Part shown: piece after piece, positions 31,102 through 40,126 of the stretch | Numbering within the stretch: position 1 is the first letter of the stretch | Layout: the number at the start of each line of letters is the position of its first letter | NCBI GenBank assembly: GCA_964508365.1 | Contig: CAZDTP010000001.1 | Coordinates: forward strand, 32,001-96,000 | Direction: 5' to 3' | DNA: 64,000 nt | Origin: an uncultured archaeon | Lineage (GTDB): Archaea > Asgardarchaeota > Lokiarchaeia > Sigyniarchaeales > SOKP01 | Program-made: the position numbers and the translations under genes | The notes under the pieces: model-generated | What the model saw: only the letters and a program-made list of their open reading frames with translations | Databases searched by the model: none | Told to the model about the DNA's origin: nothing

Positions 31102-32781
31102 TTGAATGAACCCTTACAATTTATTTATAAAGAGGAGTTTTGGTACGTTAGTGCTTTCATAAACAGCGCTAATATTAACGCAGAGGCAAAAAGTAAGGAA
31201 ATCGAGGATCTTATCAAAACTAAGTTTAAAAATTTAGAGGAAAAAGATATATATCGAGAAGATCTTAAAACTGATATCTTGGAACTAATAAAACATATTT
31301 CTATTAAATGCAGTTGGGTTAAATGTTTATCTAATTTCCTCTATAAGGATGAAAATTCTGAGAGAGGCTTTAATACCTTAGGATATTTCCAATTTGAAGT
31401 TGAACACTATAAAGACGATCCGTCGAGTAAAAAATCGTTAAAACCCCTTATAATACAACAAGTTCCCTTTCTTGTTCTAAATATCCTTAAAGATTATAAC
31501 TATAAGTCTGGAAATGAAGGCATTCATTTTGATACTGAAAGCCCTATTTATGTGTTTATAACTTCTAACGAAAGCGAACCAAATAATATCGTCTGGAATC
31601 CCGATAATATCGAAAAATATAAGAAAGTAATTGCTTACTGGACTGAAATCTATTCAGGACAATGGGAAGATTATTCTGAAACATTACTTAACAAGAGAAT
31701 TGAAAATAATTTATCCAATCGGCTTTCAGAGCTACACTTCTTAAGAAGAAACTCTGGTTTTATTTACATGGCTGAGGAAAATTATGAAAAATTCTTTAAA
31801 TCCTACATGAAACAATATGTTATAGATCCTACCCCAAAACTTAGAGCTGTATTGTTTGTTTTACGCTCAATAAACGAATCGTTAGACTTATTGTTTCTAA
31901 AAACTCAATCACAAGCATTTCAAGGATTAAAAATAATAGAACAAAAAATTCGAAACTTAAGATTATTAAGAGGAATGATTCAAACTACTCTTAGCGCAAT
32001 ATATAACGAGCTAGATTATAATAGAAGACAACATTACACGAGCGTATTGAAACATCTACTAACTGAATTTGGAATAGAGAATATAGTAGAACGAATAAAT
32101 CAAAAGTTTAATTCAATTTACGATGTAATGGAAGACTTATATCATAAAAAGAGCGACGAAAACCAAGAAAGAACTGAAAGAGGATTAAATTTATTAAATT
32201 TACTTTTTGGAGCAGGAATCTTAGCCGATTTAGTGGGTGTTATTATGATTTGGCTAAATTTACAACAGGAAAATCTATTTACATCAATATTAAATGGTTC
32301 GATAGCAATTATAATTATAGGAATACTGGTAGCAACAATAGGATATTATCTGAACAACCGTATACAAATTAAAAAGGCTGAAATTGGAAAAACAGTTGAC
32401 GCTGTAATTGAGGATAACGCAGGAAATGTAATTTTAATAAAAAGAAAATATCCTCCCTTTCAAGACTATTATGCATTACCAGGAGGTTTTATAGAAAAAG
32501 GAGAAAGTGCGATTAAAGCGTTAGTTAGAGAAGTCAAGGAAGAAACTAATTTAGATGTGAAAATTCTACATAAAATTGGCCTATACACTGAAGAAGGACG
32601 AGATCCCAGAGGCGATATACATTCTACAGCTTATAAATGTTCAATTATTGGAGATATCACAAAAATGAGAAGTGGCGATGATTCTAAAAAAGTAGAGCTT
32701 TTACCTAAAAACCAGCTTAAGGACATTGAATTAGCATTCGATCACAAAAAAATATTAGAAGATGCTAATTTACTGAATTAA
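31102..32781 (+). CDS. CorA-like stalk/2TM membrane protein fused to a C-terminal Nudix (ADP-ribose pyrophosphatase-like) domain
   Basis: Intact Nudix box GGFIEKGESAIKALVREVKEETNL plus RDPRG and LAFDH. Preceded by a long helical stalk and two TM helices. Confidence 0.75.
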   Translation: MNEPLQFIYKEEFWYVSAFINSANINAEAKSKEIEDLIKTKFKNLEEKDIYREDLKTDILELIKHISIKCSWVKCLSNFLYKDENSERGFNTLGYFQFEVEHYKDDPSSKKSLKPLIIQQVPFLVLNILKDYNYKSGNEGIHFDTESPIYVFITSNESEPNNIVWNPDNIEKYKKVIAYWTEIYSGQWEDYSETLLNKRIENNLSNRLSELHFLRRNSGFIYMAEENYEKFFKSYMKQYVIDPTPKLRAVLFVLRSINESLDLLFLKTQSQAFQGLKIIEQKIRNLRLLRGMIQTTLSAIYNELDYNRRQHYTSVLKHLLTEFGIENIVERINQKFNSIYDVMEDLYHKKSDENQERTERGLNLLNLLFGAGILADLVGVIMIWLNLQQENLFTSILNGSIAIIIIGILVATIGYYLNNRIQIKKAEIGKTVDAVIEDNAGNVILIKRKYPPFQDYYALPGGFIEKGESAIKALVREVKEETNLDVKILHKIGLYTEEGRDPRGDIHSTAYKCSIIGDITKMRSGDDSKKVELLPKNQLKDIELAFDHKKILEDANLLN

Positions 32782-32862
32782 CTTACTTTAATTAATTTTT
32801 TTTATTCAATAAATTTAAAATTTAACCCCTACTTCTTAATTTTTAAAAAACGGAATTTTGGA

Positions 32863-33414
32863 ATGGATATCATGACAATTATAATGCCTTCTCCGAAAAC
32901 GGGAAAAAAACCTCAAATCCATGAAACTGCTTACATCGCTCCAACAGCAGTTATAATAGGGGATGTTACAATTGGAGAAAGAAGCAATATCTGGTTCGGA
33001 GCTGTTCTAAGGGGAGATTGGGGAACAATAATTATCGGTGACAATACCAGCATTCAAGAAAATGTAACTATTCATAACGAAATAGGTTCTACAGTAAACA
33101 TAGGCAATGATTGTATCATTGGTCATCACGCCATGATTCATGGGCCGTGCACTATTGGAAACGGGTGTCTGGTTGGAATAGGCGCTAATGTATTACATAG
33201 ATCCAAAATGGGAGATGGAGCCGTTCTAGGCGCAGGTGGTGTGTTAATAGGTAAGGAAATACCCCAAAGAAATTTAGCTGTAGGCGTTCCAGCTGTAGTT
33301 AAGAAGCAATTACATCAAACTGGTAAGATGGAAGGAGTAAAGGCATCCAGGGGGTATGTTGAAAACGGAAAGCTGTTCAAAGAGTTTTTTGAAAAGAATT
33401 CTGAATATTCATAA
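32863..33414 (+). CDS. Gamma-carbonic anhydrase family (YrdA/CaiE-like) left-handed beta-helix protein
   Basis: IGDVTIG, VLRGD, IQENVTIH and IGHHAMIHG. Confidence 0.9.
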   Translation: MDIMTIIMPSPKTGKKPQIHETAYIAPTAVIIGDVTIGERSNIWFGAVLRGDWGTIIIGDNTSIQENVTIHNEIGSTVNIGNDCIIGHHAMIHGPCTIGNGCLVGIGANVLHRSKMGDGAVLGAGGVLIGKEIPQRNLAVGVPAVVKKQLHQTGKMEGVKASRGYVENGKLFKEFFEKNSEYS

Positions 33415-33566
33415 TTCTAAAAATCTTTTTTTTTAATTCTTTGTTTTAGATCTAATTACTATCATGATATTATAATGGTTTTATTAAAACTCTCTAAAAT
33501 ATTTATATAAGATTATATACATTAGATACATAAAGAAATCTTAAAACATAACACAAAAAAAAGAGC

Positions 33567-34097
33567 TTGAAGAAAATGAATTTTATAAAAACTTTCGTCG
33601 TAACACTCATAATTTATTTAGGATTAAACACAGTATTTGCATTATTTGCGGTATTTACAATACCCGGTTTTCCAACAACAGACATTATGCTTATTATAAC
33701 TATGATTTTCGCCCCTATTTTCACTTTTCCAGGCGACGCATGGACCACCAGTGGAATTCTTCCATTGCTAACGACCACCGATATTTTAACTGATTTAATG
33801 ACTTTTCTAGGATTGTTCCTCCCTTCTTTAATCGCAGTCATTGTTGCATCATTTCTGGGAGAGTCAAATAAGACCGCTTTTGGAGCCTGGTTAACTACGG
33901 CTTTATTATCAGCAGTAGTATATTCTATTCTTCTTGGAATAGGACAACTTTATTCTTCGTCCCTAGCGATCGATTGGTTTGGAAAAGTAGCAACTTATGG
34001 CGAATTAGGAACAATCCTCGTAATCTTTATTGCAGGGATTGTGAATGGCTTATTCTATGGTTGTGTGGCTTACATCATCGCAAAAGCAGGAATCTAA
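33567..34097 (+). CDS. Hypothetical membrane protein
   Basis: About 5 hydrophobic helices. Confidence 0.65.
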   Translation: MKKMNFIKTFVVTLIIYLGLNTVFALFAVFTIPGFPTTDIMLIITMIFAPIFTFPGDAWTTSGILPLLTTTDILTDLMTFLGLFLPSLIAVIVASFLGESNKTAFGAWLTTALLSAVVYSILLGIGQLYSSSLAIDWFGKVATYGELGTILVIFIAGIVNGLFYGCVAYIIAKAGI

Positions 34098-34144
34098 AAT
34101 TAAAAAAAAAAAGTTCTTAAATTTTACTATTTTTTTATTTATAC

Positions 34145-34885
34145 TTATTTTGAACAAAAGCAATCAGGATTTTTTACAATATCAATAGTGTTAAACATTA
34201 AATTTAGCAGATTAACCATAAGTAACTTATTTTCTAGATTAGGCAACCCCAATGATGTTTTAATAACCTCCAAAGCCTCCAAAGTACCCAATATTCCCGG
34301 AGTTACTCCAATCACTGGGAGAGGTCCTTCTTTAGAATCATTAATTTCAGGTTTATTAAAAACACATTCATAACAAGCAGTTTTTTTTGGATCTATGGTA
34401 ATTATCTGACCGTAAAAGTCTTTAATGCCCGCTATGACTGCTTTAATACCATAATTCACCGCTACTTCGTTCACAAGAAATTTAGTTTTAAAATTATCGC
34501 TACAATCAACTATAAAGTCTTTGTTTTCTATATACTTCACGACAGAATTTTCATCTACATATTCACTAAAAACATTAATTTCAACATCAGAATTTAATGT
34601 AGCTAAACTTTCCTTAGCAGCAAGCACTTTTTCTCTTCCAATTTGAGATTCTTTATATAAAATTTGCCTTTGAAGATTGGATATCGAGAGAGTGTCATTA
34701 TCTAAGATGGTTAATTCTTTTATACCTGCTGCTACAAGATAAAGTGCAAAAGGGGATCCTAATCCTCCAGCACCTATTTGTAAGACTCTAATTTTTGATA
34801 GCTTCTCTTGACCCTCTTCACCTATAGAGGGCGACAAGATTTGCCTGGAGTATCTTTTCTTTTGAGCTTCAGTAAGAATTTTCAT
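34145..34885 (-). CDS. ThiF/MoeB/UbaA-family E1-like adenylyltransferase
   Basis: RYSRQI, GAGGLG, LSISNLQRQILY, DCSDN and CYEC..CFC Zn site. Confidence 0.92.
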   Translation of the reverse strand: MKILTEAQKKRYSRQILSPSIGEEGQEKLSKIRVLQIGAGGLGSPFALYLVAAGIKELTILDNDTLSISNLQRQILYKESQIGREKVLAAKESLATLNSDVEINVFSEYVDENSVVKYIENKDFIVDCSDNFKTKFLVNEVAVNYGIKAVIAGIKDFYGQIITIDPKKTACYECVFNKPEINDSKEGPLPVIGVTPGILGTLEALEVIKTSLGLPNLENKLLMVNLLNLMFNTIDIVKNPDCFCSK

Positions 34886-35259
34886 TCAACCTCTAAAAAT
34901 TTTTGAATAAATTTTATTAATTCTTCAACTTCAATTAAAATTATTCCCAAGTCAATATTCAACTCAAATAAGGTAATAAAAATTAATTCTTTATTAATTG
35001 CGTAAATAATTAGTTGTTCCTCATCAAATTCTACAGTTAAATTAACGACATTATCCTTAAATGTTGTTCCCGCGGTTTCCATTGCCTCAAACATGGTAGC
35101 TGCCATAGCACCAAATTTACGATCGTCTATGTGCCTTGGTAATCTAGAAATTAAAATCAATCCATTTCGATTTACGATAGCAGTCCCACTTATTCCATTG
35201 ACTAAATCTAATTTATCTAATTCTTTTGTTATAGTGCTATTTTTTAGTGCTTCAATCAT
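34882..35259 (-). CDS. Roadblock/LC7 (MglB-like) protein
   Basis: GTAIVNRNGLILISRLP..FGAMAATMF pattern. Its TGA overlaps the ATG of the E1-like gene. Confidence 0.88.
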   Translation of the reverse strand: MIEALKNSTITKELDKLDLVNGISGTAIVNRNGLILISRLPRHIDDRKFGAMAATMFEAMETAGTTFKDNVVNLTVEFDEEQLIIYAINKELIFITLFELNIDLGIILIEVEELIKFIQKFLEVE

Positions 35260-35448
35260 TTTTTTAGGATTTATGGCATATTAAAAAAGTAATTTAATAT
35301 TACGAAGTAATTGAATACTATATAAAAATATGTGTTCCTTTTAATTTCCTAGAAATTTAACCTTAGATAACTGTTAAATAATATTTAATTTGAATATATA
35401 ATAACTTCGAGTCAATAAAACATCATAACCTAGATATAATTTAAAAAC

Positions 35449-36921
35449 ATGGATCTAAAGAAAAAAAATGTAATTTGGTTTGTATTTTATCTACTAAATT
35501 CCATATTATTGATATTTTGGGGAACTTTAATCTTCTGGTTGATAAAAAGCCACATCATATGGGATCCCTTAATGTTTTTACTAATCTTTATACCCCTTCT
35601 TTTTCTAATAATAATTCCGCTATATTTCTTTATTAAATCTATCGTTAAAATAGCTAGGAATTTTAAAATACAAGAAAGGCTTAAATTTTCGAAGAAATGT
35701 CTTATAGCTTCCTTCTTTATAGCATTCTTCGTTTGGTCTCTTTCTATATTAGCATTCGTTTTATACTTTTTTCCAAATGCACAATTATACAATTATGACG
35801 ATGGACCTTACTTATTATGGAACGATAATCCAAAAACAACAATGACAATTATCTGGCATACGAAAAATCCTAGCGAATCGGTATTAGAATTTGGCGAAAG
35901 TATTGGAGATATGGAAATATTTCGAATATCCGCCTTAGAAAAAAGACATATAGTAAAACTTCGGAATTTAAAAGCTGGAACATTATACCATTATAAAATA
36001 ACCGATTTTTCAGCTGTTATTTACAATTTTACTACCGCCCCCTCGGCAATAACTCCTTTTAATTTTACTGCAATAAGCGATACACATGCGGGTCTAGACC
36101 CAAGCGAATACGGGGCTGTCATCGATGCAATGACGCTGTATCAATATGATTTTATTATAAACGCTGGGGATGTTGGCCCCTTCTATGGCGAAGAATTAGA
36201 CGGATGGCACGTGTTCTTTAATCACATGGAAAGGCACGCTTCCACAAGCCCATACATGGTTGCTATTGGAAATCATGAATATGGTTTTGATATATTTGCT
36301 CGGAATTTCAAATATTTTTTTCCTTATAACTATGTTGAGGATTGGGGTCATTATTACAGTTTTGACTATTCAAACGCTCATTTTATCATGATTGATGTTT
36401 TTCAAAATCAACTCGATTGGGGCGGATTTCTATTAGAAGCTCAAGAAGCGTGGCTTAGTCAAGACTTAGCGCTAAATAAAGATAAATGGCTTTTTGTTGT
36501 TCTTCACGCGCCACTTTATAGTACTGGAGATTATAACATGAATTTAAAGTTATCTAACCAATTAGCTCCAATTTTTTACGAAAATCAAGTAGATGTAGTA
36601 TTATCAGGTCACGACCACCATTACGAAGCTTTTTGGACTAATCGCACTGAAAGCTGGGGAGGCACATACTTTTTTGTAACTGGTGGCGGTGGAGGAGACC
36701 TCGACGATTTTATTATGTATCGAGATCGAAATCCCTGGAAAAGCTGGTGGCATAATGCGTCCATTGAAGCATATCAAAACGATTATAATACTCGCAATAA
36801 TCAAATTTATGGAGAATTGACTCATCACTTTATGCATTTTGAATTAAACGGAACTAATTTACATGTTAAGGCAATAAGAGAGAACGGTAGCTTAATCCAA
36901 GAATTCTTTATAACAAAATAA
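35449..36921 (+). CDS. Membrane-anchored purple acid phosphatase-family metallophosphoesterase
   Basis: Three N-terminal TM, FN3-like PAP-N domain, then SDTH, AGDVG, IGNHE, VLHAP and SGHDH. Confidence 0.88.
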   Translation: MDLKKKNVIWFVFYLLNSILLIFWGTLIFWLIKSHIIWDPLMFLLIFIPLLFLIIIPLYFFIKSIVKIARNFKIQERLKFSKKCLIASFFIAFFVWSLSILAFVLYFFPNAQLYNYDDGPYLLWNDNPKTTMTIIWHTKNPSESVLEFGESIGDMEIFRISALEKRHIVKLRNLKAGTLYHYKITDFSAVIYNFTTAPSAITPFNFTAISDTHAGLDPSEYGAVIDAMTLYQYDFIINAGDVGPFYGEELDGWHVFFNHMERHASTSPYMVAIGNHEYGFDIFARNFKYFFPYNYVEDWGHYYSFDYSNAHFIMIDVFQNQLDWGGFLLEAQEAWLSQDLALNKDKWLFVVLHAPLYSTGDYNMNLKLSNQLAPIFYENQVDVVLSGHDHHYEAFWTNRTESWGGTYFFVTGGGGGDLDDFIMYRDRNPWKSWWHNASIEAYQNDYNTRNNQIYGELTHHFMHFELNGTNLHVKAIRENGSLIQEFFITK

Positions 36922-36985
36922 AATTTTATAAACTTGCTATAAGTTCTTTTATAAAAGGAGATTAACGCACCAAACTAAAAGATAT

Positions 36986-37186
36986 TTAAGCGTGAAAGCC
37001 TTTAGTCTTGTTAAAAGCTCGATATCTAGTCCTCCAACTTGGTTGACGCATTTTGGCAGTTCTTCCGAATCCACATTGAGCACAGAACCTTTTACTTCTA
37101 TGATAACTATGCCTCCCACATCTTCTACATGTTTTATGACTTGCTGCTTTATTCTTTTTTCCCTTACTAGGAGTTCCTTTACCCAC
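36986..37186 (-). CDS. rpl37e: 50S ribosomal protein L37e
   Basis: GKGTPS..H..CRRCGRHSYH....CAQCGFG. Likely start is GTG 37186 behind AGGTGG; the track starts at 37195. Confidence 0.97.
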   Translation of the reverse strand: MGKGTPSKGKKNKAASHKTCRRCGRHSYHRSKRFCAQCGFGRTAKMRQPSWRTRYRAFNKTKGFHA

Positions 37187-37206
37187 TTTTGCCACCTATT
37201 ATCGTT

Positions 37207-37530
37207 TTAACTAAATTCAGATTCTTTTCGATGCATTAATTTATCATGCAATTCTTCATCACTTTCAGCTTCAGCGAACATAATTTTCTCTCTACCTTGC
37301 CCAATGAATATTATTGAAGCGCCTCTGATCATTACGGTTCCGATATCTTTGCTTCTTTTTCCACCGCGGCCAAAATATATTTCTTTCGCGTTTTCTACAA
37401 TTAAATTCATATAGGAGTCGAATCTAATTAACTTGCCTGTTAAGTACGTGTTCCAAATTTTCAACTTGATTCGAACCTTTGGTTTTAATATCGCTTTACT
37501 TAAAGTTCTTGAGATTGTCGGTTGACTCAT
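37207..37530 (-). CDS. Sm-like (LSm/SmAP) RNA-binding protein with acidic C-terminal tail
   Basis: Sm1 GKLIRFDSYMNLIVENA and Sm2 GTVMIRGASI. Sits in the canonical archaeal LSm-L37e arrangement. Confidence 0.9.
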   Translation of the reverse strand: MSQPTISRTLSKAILKPKVRIKLKIWNTYLTGKLIRFDSYMNLIVENAKEIYFGRGGKRSKDIGTVMIRGASIIFIGQGREKIMFAEAESDEELHDKLMHRKESEFS

Positions 37531-37646
37531 AGAAAACACTCGTTAAAATCATAAATAATATTCTATAAAATGATTGGAAAATATAAATATTTTTTTATTT
37601 GTAAGTATTTAGTAGCAGTAGTAGAATAATTGATTAATCAAATTTT

Positions 37647-38693
37647 TTGAAAAAAATGAAGAAAATAGGAATTTTTGATAGTGGCGTTGACACACCAGAA
37701 GAAATTATACTCGCAGCCGGATTCACTCCATACAGGTTGTTTGGAGATCCTGAAATCGAACCCGACAAGGCAAATGAGCATATTCCTCCTACTCACTGTT
37801 TATGGACTAGAAATCTATTAGAGCTTGCGATTAAAGGGCTTAATAGTGATATTGTTGGGATTATAACGACTCATGGATGTGATCGTACGAATCGCGAATT
37901 CGATATATGGATTGAGTGTGTTAATGTTGATTTTATGTATTTTCTAAACTCACCAAGAAAGTTAGATTCAGCAGCTTTAAAGTTCTTTATTGACGATCTT
38001 AATGAACTCATAATTCAACTTGAGGAACACTTCAGAATCAAGATAACTAAAGAGCTTCTGCGAGAAAGCATAAAAAAAATGAATATAATTCGTAAATTGT
38101 TAAGGGAAATTTCAAAATATCGGAAGCAAATGATTTTATCTGGCTCAGAATTCCACGAGATTGTTAAAAAAGTCCAAATCTCAAATAAGGATGACGCAAT
38201 AGCTCTTCTAAAGGTTAAACAGGAAGAATTAAGGGAGAGACAACCTTTTTCAAAAAAAAATTACAAAAAGATATTATTGACTGGCTCAGATCTTGATGAC
38301 ACAGAGTTTATTAGATTTATTGAAAGTTTAGGTTTTCAAGTAATAATTGACGATCTTGGTGTTGGTACAAAATATTTTTGGGATAATGTTGATGAAACCG
38401 GAGATCCAATAGAAAAAATAGCAAAATACCACATTAACAAGCCAATACATTCTACAAAGTTTCCATCCTACAAAAGGTTTGAAGTTCTGAGTAGATTAGC
38501 AACTGATTATAAAGTTGATGGCGTTATTAATATCGCTCAAAAATTTTGCGAGCCAGTTTTATACGATCATCCATATTTAAAAAAAAAATTTAAAGAACTC
38601 GAAATTCCGTATTTATTTGTTGAAGTAACATATAACAGAGAATCATATAAACAATTATCCACCAGATTTTCAGCTTTTGCTGAAATAATCTAA
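37647..38693 (+). CDS. 2-hydroxyacyl-CoA dehydratase / benzoyl-CoA reductase family subunit (HgdB/BcrC-like)
   Basis: PEEIILAAG, HGCD, ILLTGS, DGVI..QKFCEP and IPYLFVE. Confidence 0.88.
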   Translation: MKKMKKIGIFDSGVDTPEEIILAAGFTPYRLFGDPEIEPDKANEHIPPTHCLWTRNLLELAIKGLNSDIVGIITTHGCDRTNREFDIWIECVNVDFMYFLNSPRKLDSAALKFFIDDLNELIIQLEEHFRIKITKELLRESIKKMNIIRKLLREISKYRKQMILSGSEFHEIVKKVQISNKDDAIALLKVKQEELRERQPFSKKNYKKILLTGSDLDDTEFIRFIESLGFQVIIDDLGVGTKYFWDNVDETGDPIEKIAKYHINKPIHSTKFPSYKRFEVLSRLATDYKVDGVINIAQKFCEPVLYDHPYLKKKFKELEIPYLFVEVTYNRESYKQLSTRFSAFAEII

Positions 38694-38703
38694 AGGTGAT
38701 TAA

Positions 38704-39966
38704 ATGTCAAAAGTTGAAAAAACGCACAATAAAATGTTGAATGCTACACAAGGGTTAAAAAATATTATGGGTAGACATTTTTTAGCAATTGAACAAGCTT
38801 ATAGAGATGGCAAACCGACTGCGTGGGCTACATCTGGTAGTCCCGTCGAAATGCTCTATGCAATGGATGTACAACCAATGCTCCCAGAAAATAGTGCAAC
38901 GGTGAGTGCTGCTCAGAAGTTTTCTCAAAAGTTCATAGAAATCGCCGAATCGCAAGGTTTCTCGTACGATTTATGTTCTTATTTTAAGACTAATATTGGG
39001 GCTGTGGAAAGCAATGCTGGAATGATAGAAGGTGGTACCAGAAAGCCCACATTTATGCTTTCAACTGATGTTATCTGTGATACACATGTTAACTGGTTTC
39101 AAGTTCAGGCTGAAAGAATGAATGTCCCTCACTTCACTATTGATGTTCCACATGTCGTTAGTAATACAAACAATAGACAACTAAATTACTTTAAAAAATA
39201 TATTTCAGAGCAATTATACGAACTTGTAGATTTCATGGAGGAGGTTACAGGACACGAATATAATGAGGAAAAAGCGAGAAAAGTATCGGAAAATTCATGG
39301 AATCTTAGCATGGTATGGCAGGACATTTACGAGTTGAGGAAAAATGTTCCATGCCCGATTTCGACGCGTGACACCTTCGGTGGATTGTTTCCCCTCTTTT
39401 GCATGCCCGGATTGAAGGCTCCCATAAAATTATACAAGAGAATGTATAAAGAAGCGAAGGAGCGCGTAGATAACGGGATTGGAGCTCTTGAAAAAGAGGA
39501 ATTCCGATTAATGTTCGAAGGGATTCCTTTCTGGTATAACTTGAAGTACTTCAGTAAATTGGAGAAGTATGGAGCCATTATTGTGTACGAACCCTACACG
39601 TATGCATTTAGCAAATACATGAATCCGAATGTTACAAAAGAAATGGTTCTCAATAAACCGATAGAAGCAATGTCAGAACTAATGATGAGTTTTTGGTATG
39701 TTTATGATCTTGAAACCAGAATAAAAAAATTCGCTGAAACGGTTAAAGATTGGAAGATCGATGGTGTTTTATTACATGAAAATATGTCTTGCCGACCTAA
39801 CTCTTGTGGGTTATATGATCTAAAGAAACATTTAATGGAAGATTATGACATCCCATGCTTGGTAATAAATGCAGATATGAACGATCCAAGGAAATTAAAC
39901 GAAGTACAGGTTTCTAATCAAATAGAAAGCTTCATAGAAATTTTACGGCAAAGAAAGAAGAAATAG
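38704..39966 (+). CDS. 2-hydroxyacyl-CoA dehydratase / benzoyl-CoA reductase family subunit (HgdA/BcrB-like)
   Basis: PVEMLYAMD..LPEN, DLCSY, ICDT, GIPFW, MSCRP and ADMNDPR. Confidence 0.88.
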   Translation: MSKVEKTHNKMLNATQGLKNIMGRHFLAIEQAYRDGKPTAWATSGSPVEMLYAMDVQPMLPENSATVSAAQKFSQKFIEIAESQGFSYDLCSYFKTNIGAVESNAGMIEGGTRKPTFMLSTDVICDTHVNWFQVQAERMNVPHFTIDVPHVVSNTNNRQLNYFKKYISEQLYELVDFMEEVTGHEYNEEKARKVSENSWNLSMVWQDIYELRKNVPCPISTRDTFGGLFPLFCMPGLKAPIKLYKRMYKEAKERVDNGIGALEKEEFRLMFEGIPFWYNLKYFSKLEKYGAIIVYEPYTYAFSKYMNPNVTKEMVLNKPIEAMSELMMSFWYVYDLETRIKKFAETVKDWKIDGVLLHENMSCRPNSCGLYDLKKHLMEDYDIPCLVINADMNDPRKLNEVQVSNQIESFIEILRQRKKK

Positions 39967-40126
39967 AGATTAACTAGTAATTTACAAATTCAGTAATCTA
40001 TAGCTTTTAAAGTTAAGAATATTTATTTAAAATTAATTACAATATGCCTAACTGTTTATTTAGGATTCGTGAAATAACCATATTTCATTTAATTAATAAG
40101 AGAAGTATTTTAAGCTGTGGTAAAAA

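Noticed and set aside
26409-34885. Ubl and E1-like genes as one ubiquitination operon
   Set aside because: They are 7.5 kb apart with several unrelated, oppositely oriented genes between them, and no E2, RING or JAMM gene is in the window.
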